The translations under genes were made by a program, and so were the position numbers. This document shows positions 13,050 to 24,354 of a stretch of DNA of 49,633 nt, one piece after another (positions within the stretch are counted from its first letter, which is position 1; each line of letters starts with the position of its first letter). The stretch is from Octopus bimaculoides (taxonomy: Eukaryota). The notes under the pieces are model-generated. The model saw nothing but the letters and a program-made list of their open reading frames with translations, was not told the origin of the DNA and did not search any database. The stretch covers positions 23,798,784 through 23,848,416 of the forward strand of contig NC_068999.1 in NCBI RefSeq assembly GCF_001194135.2, in the 5' to 3' direction.

Positions 13050-13371
13050 CAGGGGTGTCTTCTACTAGAGCCTCAGGCTGACCAAAGCCTTGTGAGTGGA
13101 TTTGGTAGACGGAAACTGAAAGAAGCCTGTTGTATATATATATGTATGCGTGTGTTTGTTATTTGTGTCTATGTATGTCTCCCCCACCATCACTTGACAA
13201 CCGATGTTGGTGTGTTTATGTCCCCATCACTTAGTGGCTTGGCAAAAGAGACTGATAGAATAAGTGCTAGGCTTACAAAGAATAAGTTCTGGAGTCGATT
13301 TGTTCGACTAAAGGTGGTGCTCCAGCATGGCCACAGTCAAATAACTGAAACAAGTAAAAGAATAAAAGAAT
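13050..13371 (+). mobile_element. tRNA-derived SINE, 5'-truncated (same family as 4574-4950)
   Basis: Shared core and tail. Other copies at about 14404-14635 (-), 28621-29021 (-), 34762-35131 (-), 40201-40375 (-), 41770-41942 (+), 44305-45122 (+, interrupted) and 32085-32290 (+). Confidence 0.8.
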
Positions 13372-14675
13372 ATATATATATATATATATATATAAATATA
13401 TAACGTGAGAGAGTTAGGGGTTGGGGGTACAACCCACTAAGGGATAGTATCTATCCAGTATACTGCTGGGAGGGTACCCAATTATTGCTACACTAGTGCT
13501 ATACTAGGTGCAATCAATGGGAGTGGGTAAAAGTGGAGGTTTTACCCAAAATTTGTGTAACAATTAGAAAATGGAGGATAATATGCTGAACCCAACTACT
13601 TGCAGACGGTGTATCCCGTTGAATTCATTAATTTAATTCATAGCAAAAGTGACAAAAGAAAGGAAGAAAAGAAAAAGAAAGAAAGAACCAAAGCACAGGT
13701 ATATATATATGTATATATATTTGTATTTCGTTTTGTTGTGTTTTTAGTAAACAGATGTGAATGAACTAAAATCAATAGGAACAGACATATACAAAGTAGG
13801 TCATGTCAAGTGGATCTGCACAGTAACCTAAATGAAATAATTAATCGATAACTTTTCTTCTCCATAAAAGTTATTCATGACATGTGCAAATTTTGAAGTC
13901 TTACAGAAGGTCATTTTATTGTCTAATTTTATGTTCCTTTTTTTTTTAAACTTCAACTTCAGCTGTACTTGAAAACTAATACAGAAGTATATTATGACAA
14001 TGAATATGAATTTAGTCATGTAACCAACAAATGCATTTAAAGTATCCATAAAGCAGCATGTCAGGTCTTGCTTACAATGATGCAATGAAACAAATTTATA
14101 TCTTAAAATAATTTAAGCTATCAGTGCAGTGAAAACTGTTCTAAACAGCTTCATAAATGCAGGGATAATTTTGTACAACAGGAACAATAAGCTTTTATTT
14201 ATTTATATAATTTGGCATATTTTATATTTTTAAATGGAAGATATTTGCATCATTTATATAAAGCAAATATGATTGGTTCTGCAATAATTATTCAATTAAA
14301 AGCTTCATTCATATCACTTAGCAATCATTCTATTCAGTGAAAATAAATGCAGGCATAATTTTGAAGGCTGAAGAATTTTTCATGATTCATTGAAACCATT
14401 TACCTTTTCTCTTTTACTTGTTTCAGTCATGAGACTGTGGTCATGCTGGGGCACCATCTTGAAGAATTTTTATTCAAATGAATCAACCCGAGGCTCATTC
14501 TTTTTCAAGCCTGATACTTATTTGGTTGGTGTCTTTTGCCAAATCACTAAGTTACAGGGATGTAAACACACCAATACCAGTTGTCAAGCAATGATGGGGA
14601 CAAACACAGACACTAAAATACATACACATAGATATAAATAAATGTATATATACACACATATAAATATGTGTGTGC

Positions 14676-14728
<53 letters not shown>

Positions 14729-16254
14729 TATATATATATATTTTATTATATGTATTTATTTTCTCCTAGTTAATAATTAATTCGGACAAAATAAATTGGT
14801 TAATAGATACCAGGATAGCAAAGATCACAAAATGACTGTGGTGTAACTCCTGTTTATGAGGTAGAAACTCCTTGTTATTTTAGGTACTTGAGTATATATA
14901 AATTTAGTAAATGGAGTAAAACGCATATGTTAAATGAATACTTTTATTTCCAACATATGTTNNNNNNNNNNNNNNNNNNNNNNNNNNNNNNNNNNNNNNN
15001 NNNNNNNNNNNNNNNNNNNNNNNNNNNNNNNNNNNNNNNNNNNNNNNNNNNNNNNNNNNNNNNNNNNNNNNNNNNNNNNNNNNNNNNNNNNNNNNNNNNN
15101 NNNNNNNNNNNNNNNNNNNNNNNNNNNNNNNNNNNNNNNNNNNNNNNNNNNNNNNNNNNNNNNNNNNNNNNNNNNNNNNNNNNNNNNNNNNNNNNNNNNN
15201 NNNNNNNNNNNNNNNNNNNNNNNNNNNNNNNNNNNNNNNNNNNNNNNNNNNNNNNNNNNNNNNNNNNNNNNNNNNNNNNNNNNNNNNNNNNNNNNNNNNN
15301 NNNNNNNNNNNNNNNNNNNNNNNNNNNNNNNNNNNNNNNNNNNNNNNNNNNNNNNNNNNNNNNNNNNNNNNNNNNNNNNNNNNNNNNNNNNNNNNNNNNN
15401 NNNNNNNNNNNNNNNNNNNNNNNNNNNNNNNNNNNNNNNNNNNNNNNNNNNNNNNNNNNNNNNNNNNNNNNNNNNNNNNNNNNNNNNNNNNNNNNNNNNN
15501 NNNNNNNNNNNNNNNNNNNNNNNNNNNNNNNNNNNNNNNNNNNNNNNNNNNNNNNNNNNNNNNNNNNNNNNNNNNNNNNNNNNNNNNNNNNNNNNNNNNN
15601 NNNNNNNNNNNNNNNNNNNNNNNNNNNNNNNNNNNNTATATATATATATATATATATATATATACAAACACCTACACATATATAAAATTCCAAAGGAATA
15701 AAATGGTGTAAAGCAATGTAATCTTCTCATCAGGGAAAGAAAGTAAGAAACCAAACTCATCAATAAGACATTTTAACAGAATGTAATGGATGTGTATAAT
15801 GATGAACGGAATGTTATTAAGTTTTTTTTTAAAAACCATTAGAGTATATAACGTCAAAGGTAGCCTATAGAAAGAGGAGGGGTAAAGCAAAAAAAAAAAA
15901 GCAGAAAAACTAATAAATGAGAAATATAGAGTGATATGTGAATTAAAATAAAAGCTTAAAGGGTTGGAAAAAGATATATCTAGTGAAAATGAAATGTAAG
16001 AAAAAAATCAATGTTCAAATTATATATAATGGTAGATATCACTTGTATGAAGTAAAGGTCTGTTTCTGCCAATGTTTATATCGATAAACACGCTCTATAA
16101 CTGTGTTTACAAGGGGATTCTTAGAAAAAAGAATAGAAAATAGTTCACTATTACAGAGTTGGCAGAATGTTTTGCCTTTATCATATGGGAATGAAATGGA
16201 GAGAATCAACTAATCTAAATTAAAGACCATAATAAACAATCTAATTTAGACTGG

Positions 16255-16437
16255 TGTATGTATATATATGTATGTATATATACATATAAACAATATATGA
16301 GTATATGCATATATATATACATGTATGTACATACCTTCATCTACATGTACATTATATATATATATATACATATACATATACATACATATATATATATATA
16401 CATATACATACATATATATATATATACATATACATAC

Positions 16438-16509
<72 letters not shown>

Positions 16510-16530
16510 ATATGTATATATATATATATA
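16255..16530. repeat. Compound (TA)n/(TG)n microsatellite
   Basis: Directly visible; similar tracts at 186-232, 510-612, 14640-14745, 26795-26850 and 36380-36415. Confidence 0.95.
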
Positions 16531-17283
16531 ACAATAAGAAAATGGAGGGGAATATGTGTTACTCATCAACTTGCAGACATTGTATTATGCCAATTTGTCT
16601 GTTTATTTTTCAACTAAGAGGACAGGACATTACAATATAGATGTCATTGTTTAACTTTTGACACGTAATACCAAAACAGTGTAAGAGATAAGAGATTGCT
16701 CCAGGCTCACATTAGGCAAGAAGTTGAACATTTTTGGGGCCCATGACACTCCATGGACCTATAGAAAAGCATTGGCTACCCTTTTCTACATTTATTATTT
16801 GCATCCCCATATTCTTCTACATATACTATTCTGTATGTGTAAAGGCATGTGACTTATCAATCGCAAGATCATGGTTTCAATTCCGAGATCATTCGTACAT
16901 TGTGTTCTTGATCAAAACACTTCATTTCACATTGTTGCAGTGCACTTAGCTGTAAAAGAGAAGCCCTGCAATGGAGATGCATCCTCTTCAGGAGGGATAT
17001 TCTGATGTCAGTCATTTATATGCTATGAAAATAGGGGGAACTGGCCCTAAGAGTCTTAAGACTCAAGACAGTACTTACTTATTCCTTGACTGTATGGTTT
17101 ATATACAGCAATATGGATAATGTTTTACTGATGTAACACAGATTTGTGGCAATTTCAGGTGATTGAGTATTTTGTTAATGCATTGGCAAATGCCAACCAC
17201 AGAGTAAGTGAAAATAATTGCAAGTTAAAAAAAAAAACCTGTGTTAGCAGAAAATACGTGGTAAGTTTTTAATAAAAGGATAC

Positions 17284-17313
17284 TATCCATCAATGAGAAA
17301 TCTCTCCATTAAC
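17284..17313 (-). CDS. RABL2: RABL2 coding exon 2 (30-nt microexon)
   Basis: Acceptor TTTATCTTTTCAG; encodes (K)LMERFLIDG(Y), matching vertebrate LMERFLMDGF; phase 2 to 2; donor GTATCCTTT. Confidence 0.93.
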
Positions 17314-18399
17314 CTGAAAAGATAAAGCAAATTTCTAGATGTAAATACAATAAACACTTACACAATGCTTAATATTTACTTTATCATTACAGCTACCTCA
17401 ACCTCAATTTCTAACCATCTGTCACTCTCCTCCCCACACTTTTATGAAATTACCCCAAATTTCCTTTCCTCTTGATCCACAATCTATATCCTCCCTTCCA
17501 CTCACCTTATTGTGCCTCGAAAGTACACTCTGGCACCTTGTCACCACCATCTTTATCTCCCATCAAGTTACTCTTGCCCGCCCTCATATAATGCAGAGTA
17601 CCCATGTATTGCCTCTATTAACAAGATATCTGTGCTTGTCTCTCTATCATATCATAAAGTGGTTAACATTAGGAAGGGCACCCAGCTGTAAGAACCATGC
17701 CAAAGCTGAGATAGTTACCTGATGCAATCCTGCAGTTTGTCAGATACTGTCAAACCTTCTGACACCTGCCAACATGGAAATCATCATCATTATCATCATC
17801 ATTTAACATCTATGTTTCATACTGGCATGAGCTGGATGATTTGACAGGAAGTGGCAAATCAGAATACTACACCAAGTTTTGGCCTGTTTTCTACAACTGG
17901 ATGCCCTTCCTAATGCCAACCTCTAGTGGGAACAATCTTTAAAAATGTTCTCCCATCTTTTATGGAGAACTGGTTTTGTGCAAGAGAGGACAAGAGTAGC
18001 CCATTTTCATTTCAAAGATATAAACTTACTAAGGCCCGAAACAATGCAAAATGAAACATAAAAGTGAACTACAAAAATGATGACGGAACAATAGTTGAAG
18101 CTTTACCTTGTATTTTTCCATATTTCATGATTAGGACACCTTCGTCAAGAAATAGAAAATGGAAAAAAGCTATTACTAATGCTCAGATATGTGGGAGAGA
18201 GAGTAGTGACATGCACACACTAGTGTTGTCATGATAGCCAGTCTGCTTTATGTAGTTCTCATCTGTTGTTTAATGCTGGTTTTACCTTATTAATTAGAAT
18301 AGCCTCCCATAACTCAAAGATTGTCTATTCCACATTCCATGACTCCAATGAATACAATAATGTCCCATGTTTGGAACTTCTGCAGATATTTATGGACTG

Positions 18400-18700
18400 A
18401 AATGTTTGTGCACATGTGTTCTTTGATGTGAATGTGCAATTTAATTTTCTGATAGTGCTCCTAGTGAAGGAAGCGCACGCTGTGCTGCAGACTACCTCAT
18501 ATACCAAATAGGCCCTCAATCATATTTTCAAGTCACCGATGTGGCAGTTGGACAGTGTGCACCCTATGATGCTGATTGCAGTATGATTTCTGGACAGAAA
18601 TTTCATCAGGGATGGACCTAACTGCATCATCTGTATGTTTAGTCTTTCCATGCATGTCACATGATGGATTGCAGCAGCAGTTCTGTTGTCAAAATAGGGA
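18400..18700 (-). mobile_element. Possible PIF/Harbinger nuclease relic
   Basis: QLGPSLMKF followed by YCNQHHRVH...IEGLFGI* loosely matches Harbinger YPLxPWLMxP...N..H...R..IE..FG.LK; frameshifted. Confidence 0.35.
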
Positions 18701-18829
18701 AATTTTAAGAAACAGATGTCAGTCTTGGGAGTATGGGCCTTCCTTCTTCTCTCTTCCCACATTTTATCATCTTGTCAAAACTCACAAACCCTGACCCATA
18801 TTAAAAATCAGACCTATAGTCTCTAGAAT

Positions 18830-19133
18830 TCCAGCTATCGACATCTTAACTAATCACATCACATCTTTTTTCCTTTCTGCCTCTCTCTCCTCTTCTTCTT
18901 ACACCAACCTTCTTTGCTTTGGTCTTACACCCTCAAACATTCAAGAACTTTTGACCATCAGAGTATGTAACACATACTTCCAAAACAATGGCATTGTATA
19001 CGAACAGGTCTCAGGTCTACTGATAGGATCAAACCCACCAAGTCTGCTGGCCATCACATACATGGACCAGCTGGAGCACATGGTGCTTAGCATTTGCCAC
19101 TCTTGCATCTTCTCCATGTATGTGGAGCCCTAG
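18830..19133 (+). mobile_element. Penelope-like RT fragment (second PLE lineage)
   Basis: QELLTIRVCNTYFQNNGIVYEQVSGLLIGSNPPSLLAITYMDQLE...SMYVEP matches PLE RT NTYFxFNGxxYxQxxGxxMGSxxSPxLAxxYM...YVDD, with the catalytic motif decayed. Confidence 0.75.
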
Positions 19134-19191
19134 CAAATCTAGAGCCCTCTCTCTGCTTGATTTCCATCTCAGAATTACAGGGAAGGGTTTC

Positions 19192-20805
19192 ATTTGCACC
19201 AGCTTACTTCTGATGGACCAGCTGCCTTTCCCGTTTTCATTTCCTTCATTGCCTCTACTACTTCTTCCCGATTAACCCACTCCACTGGCCCCTCCATTAC
19301 AGCAACTTCCACCCTCTGATCCCATTCATTCTCCTCATTCATAATTCCCTCCATATGCGCCTTCCAAACTCTTCCCCTGTCCTTCTCACTAATATTCAAC
19401 CTTCTATCACTCCCCCTCATGCATCTTCCTCCCTCAACATCTCTTCCATCTTTTTTCATTGATTTAATAAACCTAAACACTCTATCTGGGTTCTCATCCA
19501 ACCCACTCAACCTCTCCTCAGCCTCCTTCCTCATAGATCTCACAACCACCCTCATTGCATGATTTTTCATGTTATTATACCTGGCTTTCATTTGCTCAGT
19601 CCTATTATTACATAAAGCTTTGTGCGCCTCCTTCTTCCTCACTATTGCATCTCTCACCTCCTCATTCCACCATCACGTATCTCCTCAATCTCTCCTACCT
19701 TTTGTCCTTCCATACACTCTGTCACATGCCTTCAGTACCCCTTCTTTAACCCTTTCGTTACCAACCCGACCAAAACCGCCTCTGGTTCTGTAGTACAAAT
19801 GCCTTGTTTTCTTAAGTTTTGAATTAAAATTTTCCACCAAATCTTAGTCACAATTTATGTTCCTAACACTAGCTTAATGGTAATTAAGTTATTTTACTAA
19901 ATTCTTTGTTATATTTAAAATTAATGGAAAGAAACACAGAGCATCTCAAAATAAATACGGTAACGAAAGGGTTAAAAGACTTTCATAAATCCAGTGCATC
20001 AATGCTTACCAACTCCTCAAACCTTGCTCTTATTTCTCCTTCCTTCAGTTTCCACACCCTTCTCCTCTCAACCATTCGCTTTCTCACACACTTTTTAACT
20101 TTCCTCTTATCCAAATCAGCAACCACCGACTTGTGCTGCAACTCCCCTGGCATTGTCTTCACATCTCTCAGATACTTTCTGTTTTCCCTGCCAACCAACA
20201 TGAAATCAATCTCTGTCTCATTCCCTCTTGCACTGAAAGTCACCTTCCTTTTCTCTGTTTTCCTAAACCACATGTTCACCACACACAACTCTTTCTCATC
20301 ACAAAACGCCAACAGTATCCTTCCTTCTACATTTTTCTCCCCAAATCCATTTCCCCCAGCACACCCTCAAAGCCCTGGATCCATTTCCCAACATGTCCAT
20401 TAAAATCATCCATGCCCAAAACCAATTTATCCACCTTATGTAAGTCCCATTCATTTGCCATTTCATTAAAAACTGCTCTTTCTCAGCGATCCCTCTTCCA
20501 CTTTGTGGACCATACCCACAAATCACCCTCACCACTTCTTCCTCAAATGCTAACACTACTGTCACTCTTTCCCCTGACCTCCACCACCTTCTCACAGATT
20601 TCTTCCTTCACCAAAACTCCCACACTTCCAGTCCCCTTGTTATTTCCCCGACCACCACAACTTGTACCTTCCTCCCTTCACCCCCACAAATCTTTCACCC
20701 TGGCCCCCTGCACACAGCACACATCCACCTTCCTATTCCTCAATTCCTCCTCCATGTAGACTGCCCACATTCCAACTTCCCAACCTTGCCCCAAGCTTCA
20801 AAAAT
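19192..20805 (-). mobile_element. RTE LINE (second subfamily): endonuclease plus linker, decayed
   Basis: GSWNVGSL, ICGYGPQSGR, FCDEKELCVVNMWF...EIDFMLV, WWNEEVRDAI and KTGKAAGPSEV motifs; ends at the start of the RT domain. Confidence 0.9.
19750..19971. mobile_element. piggyBac-like MITE inserted in the RTE LINE
   Basis: Perfect 13-bp TIR CCCTTTCGTTACC; TTAA at 19746-19749 and 19972-19975; the host reading (KSF|KEGVLKACD) rejoins across it. Confidence 0.92.
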
Positions 20806-20976
20806 ATATNNNNNNNNNNNNNNNNNNNNNNNNNNNNNNNNNNNNNNNNNNNNNNNNNNNNNNNNNNNNNNNNNNNNNNNNNNNNNNNNNNNNNNNNNNN
20901 NNNNNNNNNNNNNNNNNNNNNNNNNNNNNNNNNNNNNNNNNNNNNNNNNNNNNNNNNNNNNNNNNNNNNNNNNNNN

Positions 20977-21013
<37 letters not shown>

Positions 21014-21399
21014 TCATCATCATCGTTTAACGTCCGCTTTCCATGCTAGCATGGGTTGAATGATTTGACTGAGGACTGGTGAACCAGATGGCTGCACCAG
21101 GCACCAATCTGATCTGGCAGAGTTTCTACAGCTGGATGCCCTTCCTAACGCCAACCACTCTGGTATATATATACCAAATATACTAATGTTACTGGGTATC
21201 CATAAATTATACCCACAAGTCTGTCCCTATTCTTTCTATATACTTTAGTCTCTCAACATTGTACATAAAGCAACCACTCTATCATTCTACCTCTTGGTTG
21301 AGTGCTCCTGAAAGTTATATGGTTTCACTACTGCTAGTGCTATGAAAAGCAGCACCCAGCACAAAGCTTGTTAAGTGGTTGGCATTAAACCATGCAAAA

Positions 21400-21928
21400 A
21401 CTGATGCACTGGAGTAAAACACGGTTCTCTGATTATTAGATCCTATTGAAACATCCAATACATAGCAACATGAAAAGAAGATGTAAAAATGAGGATAATG
21501 ATATACACACACAGCGCAATAAAGAAGAGCTTATCTCTAAAGTGGATGGAATACATGAAAGTGGGAGACCCAGGAAGACATGGGATGAATTACTGAAGAA
21601 TGAGCTCAGGAAGCTGAACCTTTCAGATAAGATAACAAAGGACTGAGATACCCGGAACCTTTCAATACTTAAGAAGACCTGTACTCCACAGCAGAAGTGT
21701 TAAGACTGATCCTTCTGGTGGTGTAAAGCACTTATGGTGGTACCATATAAAAGTACCTGTGCAGTGCCATGTAAAAGCAACCAGCATACTCTGTAAAGTG
21801 GTTGGCGTTAGGAAAGGCATCCAGTTGAAGAAACCATGCCAAATTAGACTGGAGTCTGGTGCAGCTCTCCTGCTTGCCAGCCCTGGTCACACCATCCAAC
21901 CCATGCCAGCATGGACAACAGATGTTGA

Positions 21929-21975
<47 letters not shown>
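21400..21975 (+). mobile_element. RTE 3' end / RTE-tailed repeat
   Basis: SGRPRKTWDELLKNELRKLNL, then the shared tail GGCATCCAG...CAACCCATGCCAGCATGG and (GAT)n. Similar short tails at about 10550-10730 (+), 17650-17930, 21010-21160 (-), 34340-34560 (-), 35230-35420 (+) and 43860-44060 (-). Confidence 0.75.
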
Positions 21976-22204
21976 ATATATCACNNNNNNNNNNNNNNNN
22001 NNNNNNNNNNNNNNNNNNNNNNNNNNNNNNNNNNNNNNNNNNNNNNNNNNNNNNNNNNNNNNNNNNNNNNNNNNNNNNNNNNNNNNNNNNNNNNNNNNNN
22101 NNNNNNNNNNNNNNNNNNNNNNNNNNNNNNNNNNNNNNNNNNNNNNNNNNNNNNNNNNNNNNNNNNNNNNTCCAACCCATGCCAGCATGGACAACAGATG
22201 TTGA

Positions 22205-22251
<47 letters not shown>

Positions 22252-23459
22252 ATATATCACAATACCAGGCCAACCCATGGCAAAGGCAGTGCAAGCCCCT
22301 AACTCTTCACCTCATTCAAAAAATCAGTTTAATATCAGGCTCTGCTCAATATGTAGAAAAAGTGTCAGGAGAAATTCCATAAAGTGTACCCAGTGCAAGC
22401 TGAGGTCATATAATATGTACAGTGGTGTCATTGGAAAACTAACACAGGCTTTCTATGAGCACTTCGTAAATAGCCCATACATTTTATAGCATACTTAATA
22501 TTATATATGTGTATATATTTATATAAACACTTGTGCATGAGTGTATATGTGTGTGTGTATGTGTATATATATATAACCACTACATATATATATATGTACT
22601 TGAGTGCGTGTGTGTGTATGTATACTTGTATGAATATGTATGTATGTGTTTTACTGTCTCCTTGCTTTGACATCACATGATAGTTGTAAATGAATGTTTT
22701 CATCATGCAGGCAATGTTATTTGTTTCCAATCTTCTGTGAAAAACTTGGGCGAGGACCAGGGACAAGCAGAGCAACTGGCCATTGTAAAACCGCCTCAAC
22801 AAATTCTATGTAAGCATGGAAAAGTGGATGCTAAAACGATAACGATGTATAGCTACATCATACACATCAGTCATGCATGTGTCTCTTTCTCTCTCCCTCC
22901 CTCCCTTTCTTTCTCTCTCCCTCCCCTCTCTCTTTCTTTCTCTCTCCCTCTCTTTCTGTATGTGTGTATATATATATATAGTTGTGTCTTAAGATTCAAC
23001 AAAATTTGTTTCAACACACGAATTCACATTAAGAATCTTGCAAACCAATTGCAAAAACGAAGTGTGTGTGTGTGTGTGTGTATACACTATATGAAAGTAT
23101 ATGTGTGGATAATTATTTATATTTATCTATACACAGAGAGAAAGAGACAGATAGATCATTTCGTTTCTTATTCTGACAATAGTTCGTTAACCAAAATCTA
23201 TGATAAAACAAACAAGTGCCAACTTTTTCGTGCAGAAAGCACTTATTGTTTACATAACCAATTTTTTAAAAAAATTATCGTCATTGTCATATATTATAAA
23301 ATGTGCTACAGAAATTATAATTTCATCGTATAGAATAACAATATAAGCAGTGAAATTATATGAAACGATAGTAAAAGTATGTATATAATTTAACTGAAAA
23401 TAACTAGTGTAGCCTAGACTCCATTTTAGAAGCAACGTATCGAGGAAGAAAAGCTTGAT

Positions 23460-23473
23460 GTTGTCATGGAAAC
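23460..23473. promoter_or_regulatory. RFX X-box in RABL2 intron 1
   Basis: GTTGTCATGGAAAC fits GTHNYY-AT-RRNAAC on both strands; about 310 bp from the ATG of a ciliary gene. Confidence 0.55.
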
Positions 23474-23658
23474 AAGCACGTCGCTTTATTGATTATTAAT
23501 GATACATTATTCCTCTTGATAACAAAAAGGAAAGAAAGAAGCATAACTTTTATCATAAACAATACATATAATAATTACGTAAATAAAAATAATGCTTACA
23601 ATTGCCAAAATAAATAAATGTTAAACTTTTTTACGAATATAATTTTAAAATTACGTAC

Positions 23659-23780
23659 TTGGATTTTCCTACTGCGCTATCTCCGATACAAATTATTTTC
23701 ACTTTAATTTCTTCTCCTAATTGTTTTTCATCATTTTCTCCGCTGCCGCTTTTAGACTCCACATCCTCAACATTCGCCAT
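23659..23780 (-). CDS. RABL2: Rab-like protein 2, coding exon 1
   Basis: ATG at 23780; translates MANVEDVESKSGSGENDEKQLGEEIKVKIICIGDSAVGKS(K), with P-loop GDSAVGKS and the RABL2-type VKIICxGDSAVGKSK; GT donor (GTACGT), phase 2. Confidence 0.95.
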
Positions 23781-24354
23781 GGTCCCTCTGGCCGGCTAGT
23801 TAAGTAAGTTAAACAGCGCAAAGCATGCTGGAAGCGGAAACTGAGGCTGTTTCTTTAGAGTGACTTGCTCCGTATAAAGAACTTGTTGAACCCAAAGAAA
23901 TTTAACACTGCTTTCCAATCAATCGATATAAATCAATTGGAAACATACTAGTTATAATAAAAGCTATGAATTGTGAAATGGTGACAGTATCGTAACTATC
24001 ATTATTATTTAATATTTCCTTTTCATCTTGGGACGTAGCTTGGAATTTAATGGGATAGGGAATATGACTGCTATATCTTGTCCACAGCTTTAAGCGTAAA
24101 TTATTTGAGATTAGAATTATTTCGCTCCACTTATTTTGCCAATGCTTTTGGAAAATGTTATCCATTTCATTTATATTTTGGTGTTCTTTAGAAATCAGAA
24201 TCATTTTTTGCAGTTTAATATTCAGAGAAAATATAAATTTCTGAACATGTAAAGATTCAAGCATGAAATTGAGTAAAATGAGATGTAATGCAGACACATA
24301 TTTCTGTAAAGAAAGAGTGGTTAAGGGTTTTCTTCTTGGTTCCAAATTTATTAG

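Larger units (their letters stand above)
12548..17283 (-). other. U12-type (minor spliceosome) GT-AG intron, RABL2 intron 2
   Basis: 5' splice site GTATCCTTT; 3' end TTATCCTTTATATACACTTAG with a TCCTT-type branch-like motif about 11 nt from AG and no polypyrimidine tract. Confidence 0.85.

Noticed and set aside
14888-15763. Long ORFs of 250-280 aa in the ORF track
   Set aside because: They run through N gaps; the same applies to the ORFs at 20662-21049 and 21844-22302.
15700-16250. Possible further PLE RT remnant (MFISINTLYNCV)
   Set aside because: Only one weak motif in AT-rich sequence with many stops.
16246-16640. YI/HT/CV-rich ORFs (also at 398-683, 4111-4538, 5998-6354)
   Set aside because: These are translations of microsatellites or purine-rich low-complexity DNA.
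21890-22260. Identical ~90-bp sequence on both sides of an N gap, suggesting a tandem duplication
   Set aside because: An exact duplication flanking a gap at a (GAT)n microsatellite is most simply an unmerged contig overlap.
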